Shown piece by piece: positions 12,306 through 24,000 of a stretch of 37,778 nt of DNA. Origin of the DNA: Sphaeroforma arctica JP610 (Eukaryota). Within the stretch, counting starts at the first letter, position 1. Each line of letters starts with the position of its first letter. The translations under genes were made by a program, and so were the position numbers. The notes beneath the pieces are model-generated. The model did no database searches. It worked only from the letters and a program-made list of their open reading frames with translations, and was not told the DNA's origin. Where the stretch lies: the NCBI RefSeq assembly GCF_001186125.1, contig NW_014039970.1, positions 1-37,778 of the forward strand, read 5' to 3'.

Positions 12306-13074
12306 TACCGGGGAACTCGCGATCGCGTCCAAACTTGCGTACGGAGGCGAATAAACGCGCCAACTCGCATGCACCGCTTACATCAAACCCACGGGCTCGT
12401 TGTCGATCATGTGTACAAAATATTCCGCCGGGACCAGGACATGCAAGTCGTTGTCCTAACTTAAACGAGCACCGATCCAGGGGTAGCCGCACACAAAATG
12501 GTGGGGCTACAGTTCAACGCACATCGGCTACAAGCACATCGACACGCGGGACTCACGGATCGGGTATTAATTTCCAACCCCGTGCTAACTTAGTGGACGG
12601 TGATGTTATACCTGTTCAACCAACCACCGAGACAGGGGAGACTGAAGTGATGCACATTCATGATTTGGTCGATGAATCGTATGTGCAGAGTGACGATGAG
12701 TTGATGGAAGAAGAGCGGACACCCGATGGTTGGGAAGTTGGAATAAATTTGGAGTGACAGACTGGGGTGCCTGATGTGAACATGTGCATGTCATTTGGTC
12801 ATATGGCAACAAGAATATTTGCAGTAAAAGATAAATTGTTTCCTACTGACAATCGCGCATATGTTACTTTACAAGTGAACGGACATGACATGCGCACTCT
12901 TATTGACACGGAGGCCAACCGTTCAGTCATCACTCAGGCATCCGCAGCTAAGGCACACATCTCTATTACACCACCGGCCAAGGATAATTACATATACTTG
13001 GCGGACAAAGCCTTCAGCACTCCACGCTTGGGCAAAACACAAGCAACAACGGTACAGTACGGGTCAGCTACCAC
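12306..13074 (+). pseudogene. gag C-terminus and aspartic protease N-half belonging to element 1 (displaced and inverted relative to its pol)
   Basis: CRSC...H...C knuckle; protease motif TLIDTEANRSVI (DTGA-like). The frame ...YGSATT joins in frame across TSD CCAC to EGCTFELMNLPDNIDIKLGID at 9554 on the minus strand. Confidence 0.75.
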
Positions 13075-13600
13075 TGTAAACTTCGATGGATATTTCTATG
13101 TTTTAAACTATGTTATATAAACTAAGATACAGTTTAAGTCAATTAGGATTTAGCAGTGGTAGCTTGTGTTAGAATGATCGGGACTGCACCTTGGTAAGAA
13201 CCTTAATATCCTCGATCACACAGGACGTACCTCTAGCTGCTCTTTAATGAAAAAATTTCACAAGTACTAAGTGTGCATGACCACACGTCTAATTTGTAGA
13301 TAGACATAAGAATGTAAGTCAAGTTAATACATTAGCTAATATAAATAAAGTTCCATCTGAAGAAAAGTTAAAAAAGGNNNNNNNNNNNNNNNNNNNNNNN
13401 NNNNNNNNNNNNNNNNNNNNNNNNNNNNNNNNNNNNNNNNNNNNNNNNNNNNNNNNNNNNNNNNNNNNNNNNNNNNNNNNNNNNNNNNNNNNNNNNNNNN
13501 NNNNNNNNNNNNNNNNNNNNNNNNNNNNNNNNNNNTACAAATAAAAACCAATGTGTTTTTAGGGTTTTATTCTAGACTGACCGGAGGCCGTATTTCTACA
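13075..13600 (-). repeat. 3' LTR of element 2 (contains N-gap 13378-13535)
   Basis: Reverse complement of 9555-10137; preceded on the minus strand by the purine-rich tract AAAAGCTACTGGGGGCAA (13618-13601). Confidence 0.9.
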
Positions 13601-13726
13601 TTGCCCCCAGTAGCTTTTAGGACTACGGACGTACGTGAAGATATGATCTAGTTCGTAAAGCAAAAACCAAAGTAAACCGGTTTCGGTCATGGCTTATCGA
13701 GTAAGTATGTGCCTATATGTACGGGT

Positions 13727-16700
13727 TCAAGACTCATGTTGTACTCTATGTCGTTTAGTATTTGGTCCAGTAATCATTTCTGATGTAGGCGCCTTACGTT
13801 TATTACGTGGTTTAGTAATAGCCAAAGGTTGTTCTTCATTAGTAAGTAACCTCGAAGAATTTTCTGCTCTGTTGGTAAGCAGATCTGAAATTTTAGTGAC
13901 ATAGGAAGTAGGTGGCAAATAGGGAATTTCAGATCCATCCGGGTTTGTAGTCACCTGATGAAACCCTTTCCGTTTATCTCGTGTGTTCTTATGTAAACGC
14001 TTATTTCATTTCTTATTAGAAATACGAAGGAAGTCGCGAGATTCACGAAACGCATCGGAGGTTAGCCAAGCTACTGTCCCATCCATAAAACGGGTCTTGT
14101 AGTAAGTGTAACCGTCTTCGGATGTTTTGTCAAATATATCTTTGACTTGTGACTCCATAACCGGGACATCAGAATCAAATGAGCGAGCGAATGATAGTTC
14201 GGAGGTAGGGATACGGCGAGTGCCTAGATTTGTTGCGCTAGTACCATCTATGTTATTCACTTCGTAAGTATCACTCTTCTCATCATGGTAGGAAATAACA
14301 AAAGGTCCAATTGTCTTAAAAGAGAGTTCGGTAACGTTGGCATTGCGATTTATAATGTTATCATAATCGCCAACTTTGAACTGAACAATGTTCTTAGTGT
14401 TATTCCATCGGTCATGCGCTTTAAGTAGGGCACGATTTTTGTGCTCGAGTAAACAGGGATAAACAACGTTTTGCATCTGCTCGATCTTTTATAGCCACGG
14501 AGTAACATGCTTCTCGGGCTCAGTTTTGTCAAACGTTGCTTGTAATTCACTATAGTGGCCAAAGAAATAGTGAAACGGGAGTGTTCCAGTTTGAGGATTC
14601 ATGCTGTTATTCATTTGAGTCTGAACCCATTTCAAATGATAAGGCCACATCCCTCAACGTCATCCAGTGCGGTACGCAATAGCTTCTTTAGTTCTCTATG
14701 ACGTGTCTCATTTGCACCCTGCGTTTGAGATTTATAAGGAACACCACGCCTATGGGTCATGCCTGATACGAGTATAAGTGCCTCCATTACGTCGGTACAA
14801 AACTCACTACCGTTTTCAGAACATAGTACTCGTGGGAAACCGAAGTCATTAAAGACGTGATAGCATATCTCTGCCACTGTTTGCGGGCGTTTGTTCGGTA
14901 TTGCATAAAGCAAGTTATAGCCCGAAGCCACACATAAGAAATGACAGATATATACATCGCCAGTGTGCTTGGATCGTGTGAGTTTATCCAAATCGACTAT
15001 GATTCGGCGCATCGGTTGGTCTTCTGTCACACTTTTTAGGGGTGCCGAATCGTAGCGCTTGATCTGGTTCTTTTCACAATCAGTACAGCGTCGGTATACT
15101 TCACGTAGGGTTTCTTTCAGCGCCGGGTGATCAAGCCCTACACGAATAGACATCTTATAAGTATGCTCTTATGCTCGATGAGTTAAATTATGTATTATTT
15201 TAACTCTACTCTCGAGCTCTTCTAAGTCAGTCAGATTCTGTGTAACGCTGGCTGGATGAACCATAGTCCCGTTAGATAGGGCAACTTAAATATCAGGAGG
15301 AGTAGACTCCTGAGATACGTGATAAACGACATTAGAATGTTGAAGTATCTTCTTCAGTTGTTTCGCAACTCCTGGCTGTTCTTTAAGCAGCGCTTTAAGT
15401 AGTTGAGTGCGAGCTTCAGGTTCTCTTAGAGCTTTGAGTCTTTGATCCATGGCCTTAGCTAGTTCCATGTTTCTACGATCTAATGCCGTCTCAATCGGCA
15501 TTGCCTCGACTGCATTCTTGTTGGGTGCATGTGTTGTACGAGTCTTGAGCTTTTGTTCAAACTCCTTAGACTCTTCTAGTTTAGCTAAGAACTCGGTTGA
15601 GGGTTACTTAGTGGTACCTGCAGGACCGATGCGATAAACGATGGTGTGTTTCCAAGGCGTCTTCTTAATAGAATAGGATCCCCGATACAAGAACGTGTCG
15701 GTTTAACGGTCGACATAGATAGGCTCGTCTTGTATCATAATAATTAAATCATGTATCCATGGGTCGGAGCTACTTAAGGGACAACACAGCGTAATGGTAG
15801 ATTTAGTAATATTAACATAATTTAACAACTGTGCGATAAGTTGCCAAGGTGGGTTAGCCCACGCATTATGCTTTGATAAGTCAAGTTGAAAGGCATCACC
15901 TTTAGGATGAGTCAACGACCTATATTCAGAAACCTGTTTGTTATGTTCTGCGGCGAACATATCAAGAGTAAATGGACCCCATCTTGATTGAGCGAGGTTA
16001 AACCATTTATTATTAAGCATCCAATCGGTTGCTAATAAATCTTTAACTGTTTTCTGGTAGTCAGGGACAAGTCGCGAGAGCATGTCAGGAAGATGATTAT
16101 GTATTCCTGGTAACTGTGTAATGTTAAAAGAAAACTCAGCGGCTCACCAACTGTGAATCAGGGTTCATGTCCTTTAAGTATGTTAAAGACTTTTGATCAC
16201 AGGCGACAGCAAAGTAACTTCCATAAAGGTAGTCTTTAAACTGTCTTAGCGCAGGTAACAATAGCAAGGAGCTCTTGTTTAACGGTAGAGTAATTTCGTT
16301 GACTCTTATTATAACTCTTGCTAAATAATTGTATGTAGCGTGGTTTACCATTTATCGTTTAGTATAGCACTCCACCTACCGCTCGATCTGAAGCGTCGGT
16401 TGCTACTTGGAGTGGTACGTCATCCACAGGGTATTGCATGATGGGTGCGTCCATTACTTTACTTTTGACTAGCTTAAATGCATCATCACATTCTTTAGTC
16501 CAGAGCTTTCCCAAAGGTCCATTGTGCAGCCGTAGGTGACTGAAAGGCTTCAAGTAATGAGAAAGATGAGGGACCGAATCCGAGAAGAAGTTAACAAATC
16601 CACACACAGAGTTCACATCTCTTCCAGTAACCTCTGTTGATAAATCCAACAGAAATTATTTCTTGCCAGGATCAATTTCTACCCCTGCTGCAGATACCTT

Positions 16701-17650
16701 GTAACCAAGTAAGTGTATAGTATCTTTAGCAAAAGAACACTTGTTTTCATTAATCTTAAGTTTGGCATGGTTTAGTCGCTTTAAGACTTCTTTAACGAGT
16801 TTAGCATGTTCATGTGCTGTCTTTGTAAAGATAACTATATCATCTAAACATGCTGATACGTTATCCGACAGGTCCGCAAATGGTTCCATCATAACTTGTT
16901 GGAAGAAAGAAGGTAACATGTGTAGGCCTTCAGGTGCACCTTTAAACTGGTACTTCTTACCTTTCCAAGCAAAGGAGATTATTTCCTATGCGGCACATAT
17001 ATTTGTAATTGATGGAATGCAGCTTTTAAGTCTACCTTGGAAAAGATAGTCGCACCTTCCATTTTGCGTAGTATCTCGCTTATCTTTGGTAAGGGAAAAC
17101 TGTGTTGTGAAATTAGTTTGTTAATTGGCGACATGCCTAGTACTCCTCTTGTTTTACTAAATGTTCCATCAGATTTATATTGATCGACCGCTAAGAGAGC
17201 TAAGTTAACTGGGATTACCTCATAATTGATTTCAATTAGACCCTGTTTTAACCAATCTTCAATTTGGGGGTTGGCGGCGTCTTTGTGTCTCCAACTCACG
17301 TAGTTGTGTGAAGGAAACTTTAACTTAGAGAAGTCGACGTTTGTTAAGTCAAGCTTAACGTACCCGTTAGAGAACTTAAACATACACCAGTCAGTTATTG
17401 CAATCTTCCTGTTTTGTATAATTAAGTTCATAATTATATCGGTAAAGTGCGGAATCATATCCTTTGCTTCACCTTCCGGAGGTTTAGGTATCTTTAACAT
17501 GTTATCATCTGACTGATCTTTATTTGGGTCTAGCCCTTTAGGCAGACCAGTGAGAGTTATACCTAAACTGAGAAGATCAGTTATACCTATAATTAAATCG
17601 TATTTCTGAGACATGTCAGTAACGATTAGGTGAGTCTTTACGTCTAAATT
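13727..17650 (-). mobile_element. Element 2: degenerate Ty3/Gypsy-type pol (protease end, RT, RNase H, MTase-like domain, integrase, chromodomain-like), truncated at ~17650
   Basis: YDLIIGITD; FPLPKISE, KVDLKAAFHQL, CLDD; VATDASDRAVGG, ACDQKSL, LPGIHNHLPDMLSR; integrase CTDC, IIVDL, SENGSEF, GANETRH; chromodomain-like YYKTRFMDGTVAWLTSDAF. Confidence 0.92.
15622..16026 (-). pseudogene. Dam-like / DIRS-type DNA N6-adenine methyltransferase domain in element 2 Pol
   Basis: DWMLNNKWFNLAQSRWGPFTLDMFAAEHNKQ...GDAFQLDLSKHNAWANPPWQLIAQLL...TITLCCP...W...PWKHTIVYRIGP, in frame with the RNase H end. NPPW at 15844-15855; one premature stop at 15703. Confidence 0.88.
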
Positions 17651-19170
17651 ACTATATGTTGTATTTAACCAGGTACTTTATATTCATATATATATAGCCA
17701 GTACAAATCCGCGCTCGTGAACAGCAACCATAACTTGGTGTCCTTGTGAAAATGCAGCACGTAAGAGTGGAATTTGATCGTCGGTCGCAGCATCTAAAAC
17801 CCATATGTATATGTATATGTATGTATATATAAATGTGTGTGTGTGTGTGTGTATGCAAGTATGTATGTATGTATGTATGTATGTATGTATATATATATCC
17901 TTATAAATGTCATGCAATCCTACTTGAACAATTCGTAGGATATTTGTCATCGTACTATTGTCAGATATGTGACGAATGTCGTAGGCATGTATGCCAACAA
18001 TGTACCTCACTGTGCCAGTGCNNNNNNNNNNNNNNNNNNNNNNNNNNNNNNNNNNNNNNNNNNNNNNNNNNNNNNNNNNNNNNNNNNNNNNNNNNNNNNN
18101 NNNNNNNNNNNNNNNNNNNNNNNNNNNNNNNNNNNNNNNNNNNNNNNNNNNNNNNNNNNNNNNNNNNNNNNNNNNNNNNNNNNNNNNNNNNNNNNNNNNN
18201 NNNNNNNNNNNNNNNNNNNNNNNNNNNNNNNNNNNNNNNNNNNNNNNNNNNNNNNNNNNNNNNNNNNNNNNNNNNNNNNNNNNNNNNNNNNNNNNNNNNN
18301 NNNNNNNNNNNNNNNNNNNNNNNNNNNNNNNNNNNNNNNNNNNNNNNNNNNNNNNNNNNNNNNNNNNNNNNNNNNNNNNNNNNNNNNNNNNNNNNNNNNN
18401 NNNNNNNNNNNNNNNNNNNNNNNNNNNNNNNNNNNNNNNNNNNNNNNNNNNNNNNNNNNNNNNNNNNNNNNNNNNNNNNNNNNNNNNNNNNNNNNNNNNN
18501 NNNNNNNNNNNNNNNNNNNNNNNNNNNNNNNNNNNNNNNNNNNNNNNNNNNNNNNNNNNNNNNNNNNNNNNNNNNNNNNNNNNNNNNNNNNNNNNNNNNN
18601 NNNNNNNNNNNNNNNNNNNNNNNNNNNNNNNNNNNNNNNNNNNNNNNNNNNNNNNNNNNNNNNNNNNNNNNNNNNNNNNNNNNNNNNNNNNNNNNNNNNN
18701 NNNNNNNNNNNNNNNNNNNNNNNNNNNTATATATATAGAAGAAAAAAATAAAGAACCCCAGCAGATCTTTTTTAACTTCCAACGCAAATATTGAAATATG
18801 CGTTTTGATCTTACGTTCACACTATATCATTTCGCGAGTAATCCCATAAAACTTCTTCTACAACATCGCCTCTTCCTGAGCAAAATGAACAGAATTTTCG
18901 GTCCATGTACTCCATGTACAGCACTGGGTTGCCGGATTCCCTTAAGTATTCCCATAAAGAAGGTGGTACCTCTGCCCTGTATCAGTCTCACAGACGATGT
19001 TAGCATATCATGTACGACCAGCTAGTCTAAGCATATTGATGTTTTCAACAGGCATTCTTTTCTTGCTGCAAAGGCTATGTAGAAGTCCAGTTCAAACTTC
19101 TGCACGTCCGCCAACGACCAGTCAACACCCACAAAGTTTTCGCTCCCAAGCAGTACCATGTTCGGTTGGT

Positions 19171-19470
19171 TTACGGCGAGATTTTTTCCAACGACGACAA
19201 GTCGTACTGTCCCTTGGTCGTGGTGCATAGTTGCTGCATGGTATAGTACTTCCAGTCAAAGCCTGTATCTATGCCGTTGGTACAAAACCGGTCTGTGAGA
19301 TTTGTACCTGTATCGACCGTGCTTTCACCCCCAGCATCAGTAGTAGTATCAGTATTAGTGTTTGTATTTGTATTAGTGCTTGTATTCGTATTAGCAATGT
19401 ACACAAGTGCACCACCAACCGCAGCTACTACAAGTAGTAAAAATACACTGACTATTATTTGCGCCGTCAT
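19171..19470 (-). CDS. Small predicted membrane-anchored protein (N-terminal hydrophobic helix, Asn/Thr repeat), possibly a truncated pseudogene
   Basis: MTAQIIVSVFLLLVVAAVGGALVYIA then NTNTSTNTNTNT linker and a Cys-containing segment; no recognisable family. Confidence 0.35.
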   Translation of the reverse strand: MTAQIIVSVFLLLVVAAVGGALVYIANTNTSTNTNTNTNTDTTTDAGGESTVDTGTNLTDRFCTNGIDTGFDWKYYTMQQLCTTTKGQYDLSSLEKISP

Positions 19471-19587
19471 TTTATAAAGTGCGATAAATGTACAGTTCAT
19501 TTTATTATTACTATTCATCAGAGAGCTACGATAGTTTACCACCATACACGCCCCAATTCAATTTCTCCTTTGAGATCTGTCGTGTAA

Positions 19588-20265
19588 TTAGCAGCTCAGG
19601 GATCGCTCCAAAAACTCGTCAGTGTGCAGACTAGTAACCTTCCTGAACCCAAGTGTTTGCATATCGCAAACTCTATCAACGTCACCATGCCATTCCTTAT
19701 TTGTACCTCTTACTCTGGCGTAGTAGTACCAGACCAGGTTATCGCTGTAGAGATGAAGGGGTCTAACAGACTTTCCTGGATCAGCCTCGTACCAGCACGT
19801 TGTGACCCAAGTACCGTCGTTCTTTAGGTGGAGAAAGGCGATATCGACCGACAAGTGGCAATTGTTGGTGATTTGGAACCCCTTATTATCGGGATTACAA
19901 TCCCCGCCGTCGTAACCACAGACGCGACTGTTGCATTCGGAATTGCACACCCCGTTTCCATACTTGACCTTGTAGTTACAGACGCTTTCGTCGCAGCAGT
20001 CGTTTTCGAAATACGAGCAAACGTCGACCTCGTACCAGTTAACACCAGGAATAATGGACCGTCCAAGAGGCACAGTTTCATTCACCGTAACATTTTTCGC
20101 GGTGACCATTGGACCATCATCCGTAAGATGCAGGAGTTCGACACCAGCTACATTGGCCCCATAATCGGTCGCGTCAGCCGGTGTGGGGAAAACATCGTCT
20201 TCAAGAGGAGCGGAGAGCACCAGCGCGCAGACGGCGGCAACCAAGGTAGCCTTTACAGAAATCAT
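19588..20265 (-). CDS. Intronless secreted protein: signal peptide + LNR (Lin12/Notch) repeat + DUF1036-like domain
   Basis: MISVKATLVAAVCALVLSA signal; C...GNGVCNSECNSRVCGYDGGDC LNR consensus; C-terminal FQITNNC..VDIAF..W.T..WYEADPG..WYYYAR..W.GD resembles DUF1036. Confidence 0.75.
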   Translation of the reverse strand: MISVKATLVAAVCALVLSAPLEDDVFPTPADATDYGANVAGVELLHLTDDGPMVTAKNVTVNETVPLGRSIIPGVNWYEVDVCSYFENDCCDESVCNYKVKYGNGVCNSECNSRVCGYDGGDCNPDNKGFQITNNCHLSVDIAFLHLKNDGTWVTTCWYEADPGKSVRPLHLYSDNLVWYYYARVRGTNKEWHGDVDRVCDMQTLGFRKVTSLHTDEFLERSLSC

Positions 20266-20573
20266 TTCAAAGTTCAATTGCGTGGACTTTTGGGCTTTTG
20301 CGGGATTTGTAGGCTTTGTTGATTGGAATTGGGAGGTTATGATTATTTTCTGTCCAAGGAAGCCAGTATTTATAGGTAACAATTCGCTTTTTTTTGCTAG
20401 TAAGGTTGACGGATCAGCCGTGATCGGTGACCAATACTGTAAACTTCTGCTATTTTAACACTCGAATATAGAGTATTAAAAATCTTTCGCATTTCTATTT
20501 TACCATCTTTCAACCATAAAACCTAGGAAGTATACCGTAATTTCAATACCAAGTCGAATTTGCCGTGGAGTCA

Positions 20574-21060
20574 AAGTCGTTTTCACAATATATTAATTAA
20601 AGATGCGCTACGCTAGTTTGCCATCGTGCCATTTTGATATTTATTTTCTTTACTTATAAAAGTTAATAAAAAAATCTCCCAAGTGCAAAATCGAGAAATT
20701 TGTCGTTTGCTTCTTTTTATTTGTTTTCAAAAATATGTTTCTTTATACAAGCGATAAATTTTCTATAGATATAAAGCACCTATATACTCTAGAATAGGCT
20801 CTGCAACTCAGTCTGCAGTCTGCAGTAGACGACATGTCGGCGAGGTAGTTTCAGCCGACATGTAGCGAAGTCGTTTTCATATTATATTAATTAAAGATGC
20901 GCTACGCTAGTTTGCCATCGTGCCATTTTGATATTTATTTTCTTTACTCACTAAAAGTTTAAAAAATATCTCTCAAGTGCAAAATTGAGAAATTTATTGT
21001 CTGCTTCTTTTTATCTGTTTGTAAAACAAATGTTTCTATATAAAAGCTTTAAATTTTCTA
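20574..21060. repeat. Direct repeat pair of ~190 bp (20574-20765 and 20868-21060)
   Basis: aagtcgttttca..tatattaattaaagatgcgctacgctagtttgccatcgtgccattttgatatttattttctttact...aaattttcta occurs twice. Confidence 0.9.
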
Positions 21061-21061
21061 T

Positions 21062-21675
21062 TACGTACTAGAGTAGATACTCTAGACTTAGAGAGATATT
21101 CTGAGCACAGAGTAGACCGCAGAGTGATTATTAGTCACCTTACCTGACTGGGATTGGCTTATTTCAGATCTATGCATATTTGTAATACTGTCAAATTGTC
21201 AATACTTTAGAGTTTAGCGAGAAGTGCGAGGAGAAACTCAGAGAAACCTTTTGTTTAGAAAAGAAATCTCTTTTTAAAATAAATACTTATTAAAACCTTC
21301 TCTGAAATTCTGACAAAAAAAAAGTATGTGGATACTATCACACACAATCACTCGCTCACACACGCGTTCACCCAATTACACACCCGCTCCCTCATACCCG
21401 CTCACTAATATTTACACACGCCTACATACATACGTGTAGTTGTCGTGTAGTACGTGTATACACTTTTTTGTTTGAAAAATCGACATGTAAGATCTTCAAT
21501 CTTCCCCATAAAATATAAAATAGCCATAGCCCCATCTTTTACTCTAATAAATATTCTGTATATATATATACATATATATATATCTGTATATATATAGATA
21601 TAAATATATACTTATTTATATATATATATATATATATATCTGTATATATCTATATCTATATCTATATCTATATCT

Positions 21676-21706
<31 letters not shown>

Positions 21707-21783
21707 TCTATATCTATATCTATATCTATATCTACATCTACATCTACATCTACATCTATATCTATATCTATCTATATATTTAT

Positions 21784-21816
<33 letters not shown>

Positions 21817-23431
21817 GACATATACATAGACATAGACATAGACATAGACATAGACATAGACATAGACATAGACATAGACATAGANNNNNNNNNNNNNNNN
21901 NNNNNNNNNNNNNNNNNNNNNNNNNNNNNNNNNNNNNNNNNNNNNNNNNNNNNNNNNNNNNNNNNNNNNNNNNNNNNNNNNNNNNNNNNNNNNNNNNNNN
22001 NNNNNNNNNNNNNNNNNNNNNNNNNNNNNNNNNNNNNNNNNNNNNNNNNNNNNNNNNNNNNNNNNNNNNNNNNNNNNNNNNNNNNNNNNNNNNNNNNNNN
22101 NNNNNNNNNNNNNNNNNNNNNNNNNNNNNNNNNNNNNNNNNNNNNNNNNNNNNNNNNNNNNNNNNNNNNNNNNNNNNNNNNNNNNNNNNNNNNNNNNNNN
22201 NNNNNNNNNNNNNNNNNNNNNNNNNNNNNNNNNNNNNNNNNNNNNNNNNNNNNNNNNNNNNNNNNNNNNNNNNNNNNNNNNNNNNNNNNNNNNNNNNNNN
22301 NNNNNNNNNNNNNNNNNNNNNNNNNNNNNNNNNNNNNNNNNNNNNNNNNNNNNNNNNNNNNNNNNNNNNNNNNNNNNNNNNNNNNNNNNNNNNNNNNNNN
22401 NNNNNNNNNNNNNNNNNNNNNNNNNNNNNNNNNNNNNNNNNNNNNNNNNNNNNNNNNNNNNNNNNNNNNNNNNNNNNNNNNNNNNNNNNNNNNNNNNNNN
22501 NNNNNNNNNNNNNNNNNNNNNNNNNNNNNNNNNNNNNNNNNNNNNNNNNNNNNNNNNNNNNNNNNNNNNNNNNNNNNNNNNNNNNNNNNNNNNNNNNNNN
22601 NNNNNNNNNNNNNNNNNNNNNNNNNNNNNNNNNNNNNNNNNNNNNNNNNNNNNNNNNNNNNNNNNNNNNNNNNNNNNNNNNNNNNNNNNNNNNNNNNNNN
22701 NNNNNNNNNNNNNNNNNNNNNNNNNNNNNNNNNNNNNNNNNNNTATATATATATATATATATATAAAAGCGTTCCTGACAAAAATTTGTTGAAAAAAAAA
22801 TTGTGTGACGAGTGGCGACAGTGACTTTTGGGATAGCATATACTAAATACACACTACAGCTATTACTCTTTCAAGGGAATAAACGACAATATAACATACA
22901 TATTTACATAAATATATTAATAAATACAGTTATGCGAAGTCAGAACAGTACAGGACTACAGACAGACTCACAGTACTGTATTTACAACACAACAAGAGAG
23001 AGTATGCATAGCTTGTTGTTATTTTAATCATAATATTTTTAAAAACGAAAACACACTTTCGTTTGTCGGTTCTCACAACATACACTATCTCTGTCGTCGA
23101 CTCGTCTGTCGTCTGTCGATTATCCCTCTGGAGCAATCTAGTGACAGAGGCCGTTCACTGTTGTAGACTCTACGTACTAGAGTAGATACTCTAGACTTAG
23201 AGAGAGATATTCTGAGCACAGAGTAGACCGCAGAGTGACTGTTAGTCATCTTACCTGACTGGGATTGGCTTATTTCAGATCTATGCATATTTGTAATACT
23301 GTATACTTTAAAATTAGCGAGAAGAGCGAGGAGAAACTCAGAGAAACCTTTTTTTTTAGAAAGGGAATCTCTTTTTATAAAAATAATTATAAAAACCTTC
23401 TCTGAAATTCTGACAAAAAAATAGTATGTGG
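21062..23431. repeat. Direct repeat pair of ~265 bp (21062-21331 and 23171-23431) flanking microsatellites and an N-gap
   Basis: tacgtactagagtagatactctagacttagagag...gggattggcttatttcagatctatgc...aaaccttctctgaaattctgacaaaaaaa occurs twice with substitutions. Confidence 0.9.
21558..21884. repeat. Compound microsatellite (TA)n/(TATATC)n/(CATATA)n/(CATAGA)n
   Basis: Directly visible. Confidence 0.95.
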
Positions 23432-24000
23432 CATTGTGCCATGTGGCATGTGCTTGTGAGTAAATAGATGTTACTGTAGATCAAATATATGTCATAACCA
23501 AATTAAGTTAAATATTTATCTATTTGTTTTAAAAAGACATGTTGGAGTCTCTGGAGAATGTGTGCGCAAAACGAGTTTTATATTGTTTCTTTTTTAAAAA
23601 TAATAACAAAACATAAGGTCAATATTATAAGTCACAGGTCCCCCCCCCCCCCCCCTGATTTTGGGCTTAAAATAAACCCTAAAACACGGAAGCACATCCG
23701 AACCGCCCTAGTTGTGAATTTCAAAGGTTTGTCTGTATTTAAAATGGACTAATTTTTATATGCGCATAGCCTTCTAAAATACAGAATATGCGGCGAGCCG
23801 GCGACCGCTATATGTGTGATTTCAAAAAAAGGCAGTTGAGGACTAGTAGAGAGGGCTGGCAAGTGGCAGAGAATCTTAGAGTTAATCGATTAGTATTCGC
23901 TATGCGCACTTGAGAAGCTCAATAGCACCTCTGTTGAGTACAACTTTGGCTAGGAAACAAACAATGGGGATTCATTGTCTATATATAACCCAGTGGGGGA

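Noticed and set aside
7189..12492. Antisense and alternate-frame ORFs over the retroelements (e.g. 7189-7479, 9146-9559, 11846-12370)
   Set aside because: Shadow ORFs of gag/pol with no motifs
5238..17650. Classifying the elements as DIRS because of the RT-RH-MT order and inverted terminal repeats
   Set aside because: Both encode an aspartic protease and a DDE integrase, with TG..CA LTRs and a TSD. No tyrosine recombinase is seen, and the inverted LTRs are explained by rearrangement.
17690..18021. Possible exon fragments (VLDAATDDQIPLL..., GTVRYIVGIHAYD...) next to the element 2 truncation
   Set aside because: No recognisable family or clean acceptor site, and cut by a gap; cannot be supported.
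17684..18820. Long ORFs spanning N-gaps (also 13319-13551, 21692-22852, 34813-35480)
   Set aside because: Artefacts of N runs and microsatellites
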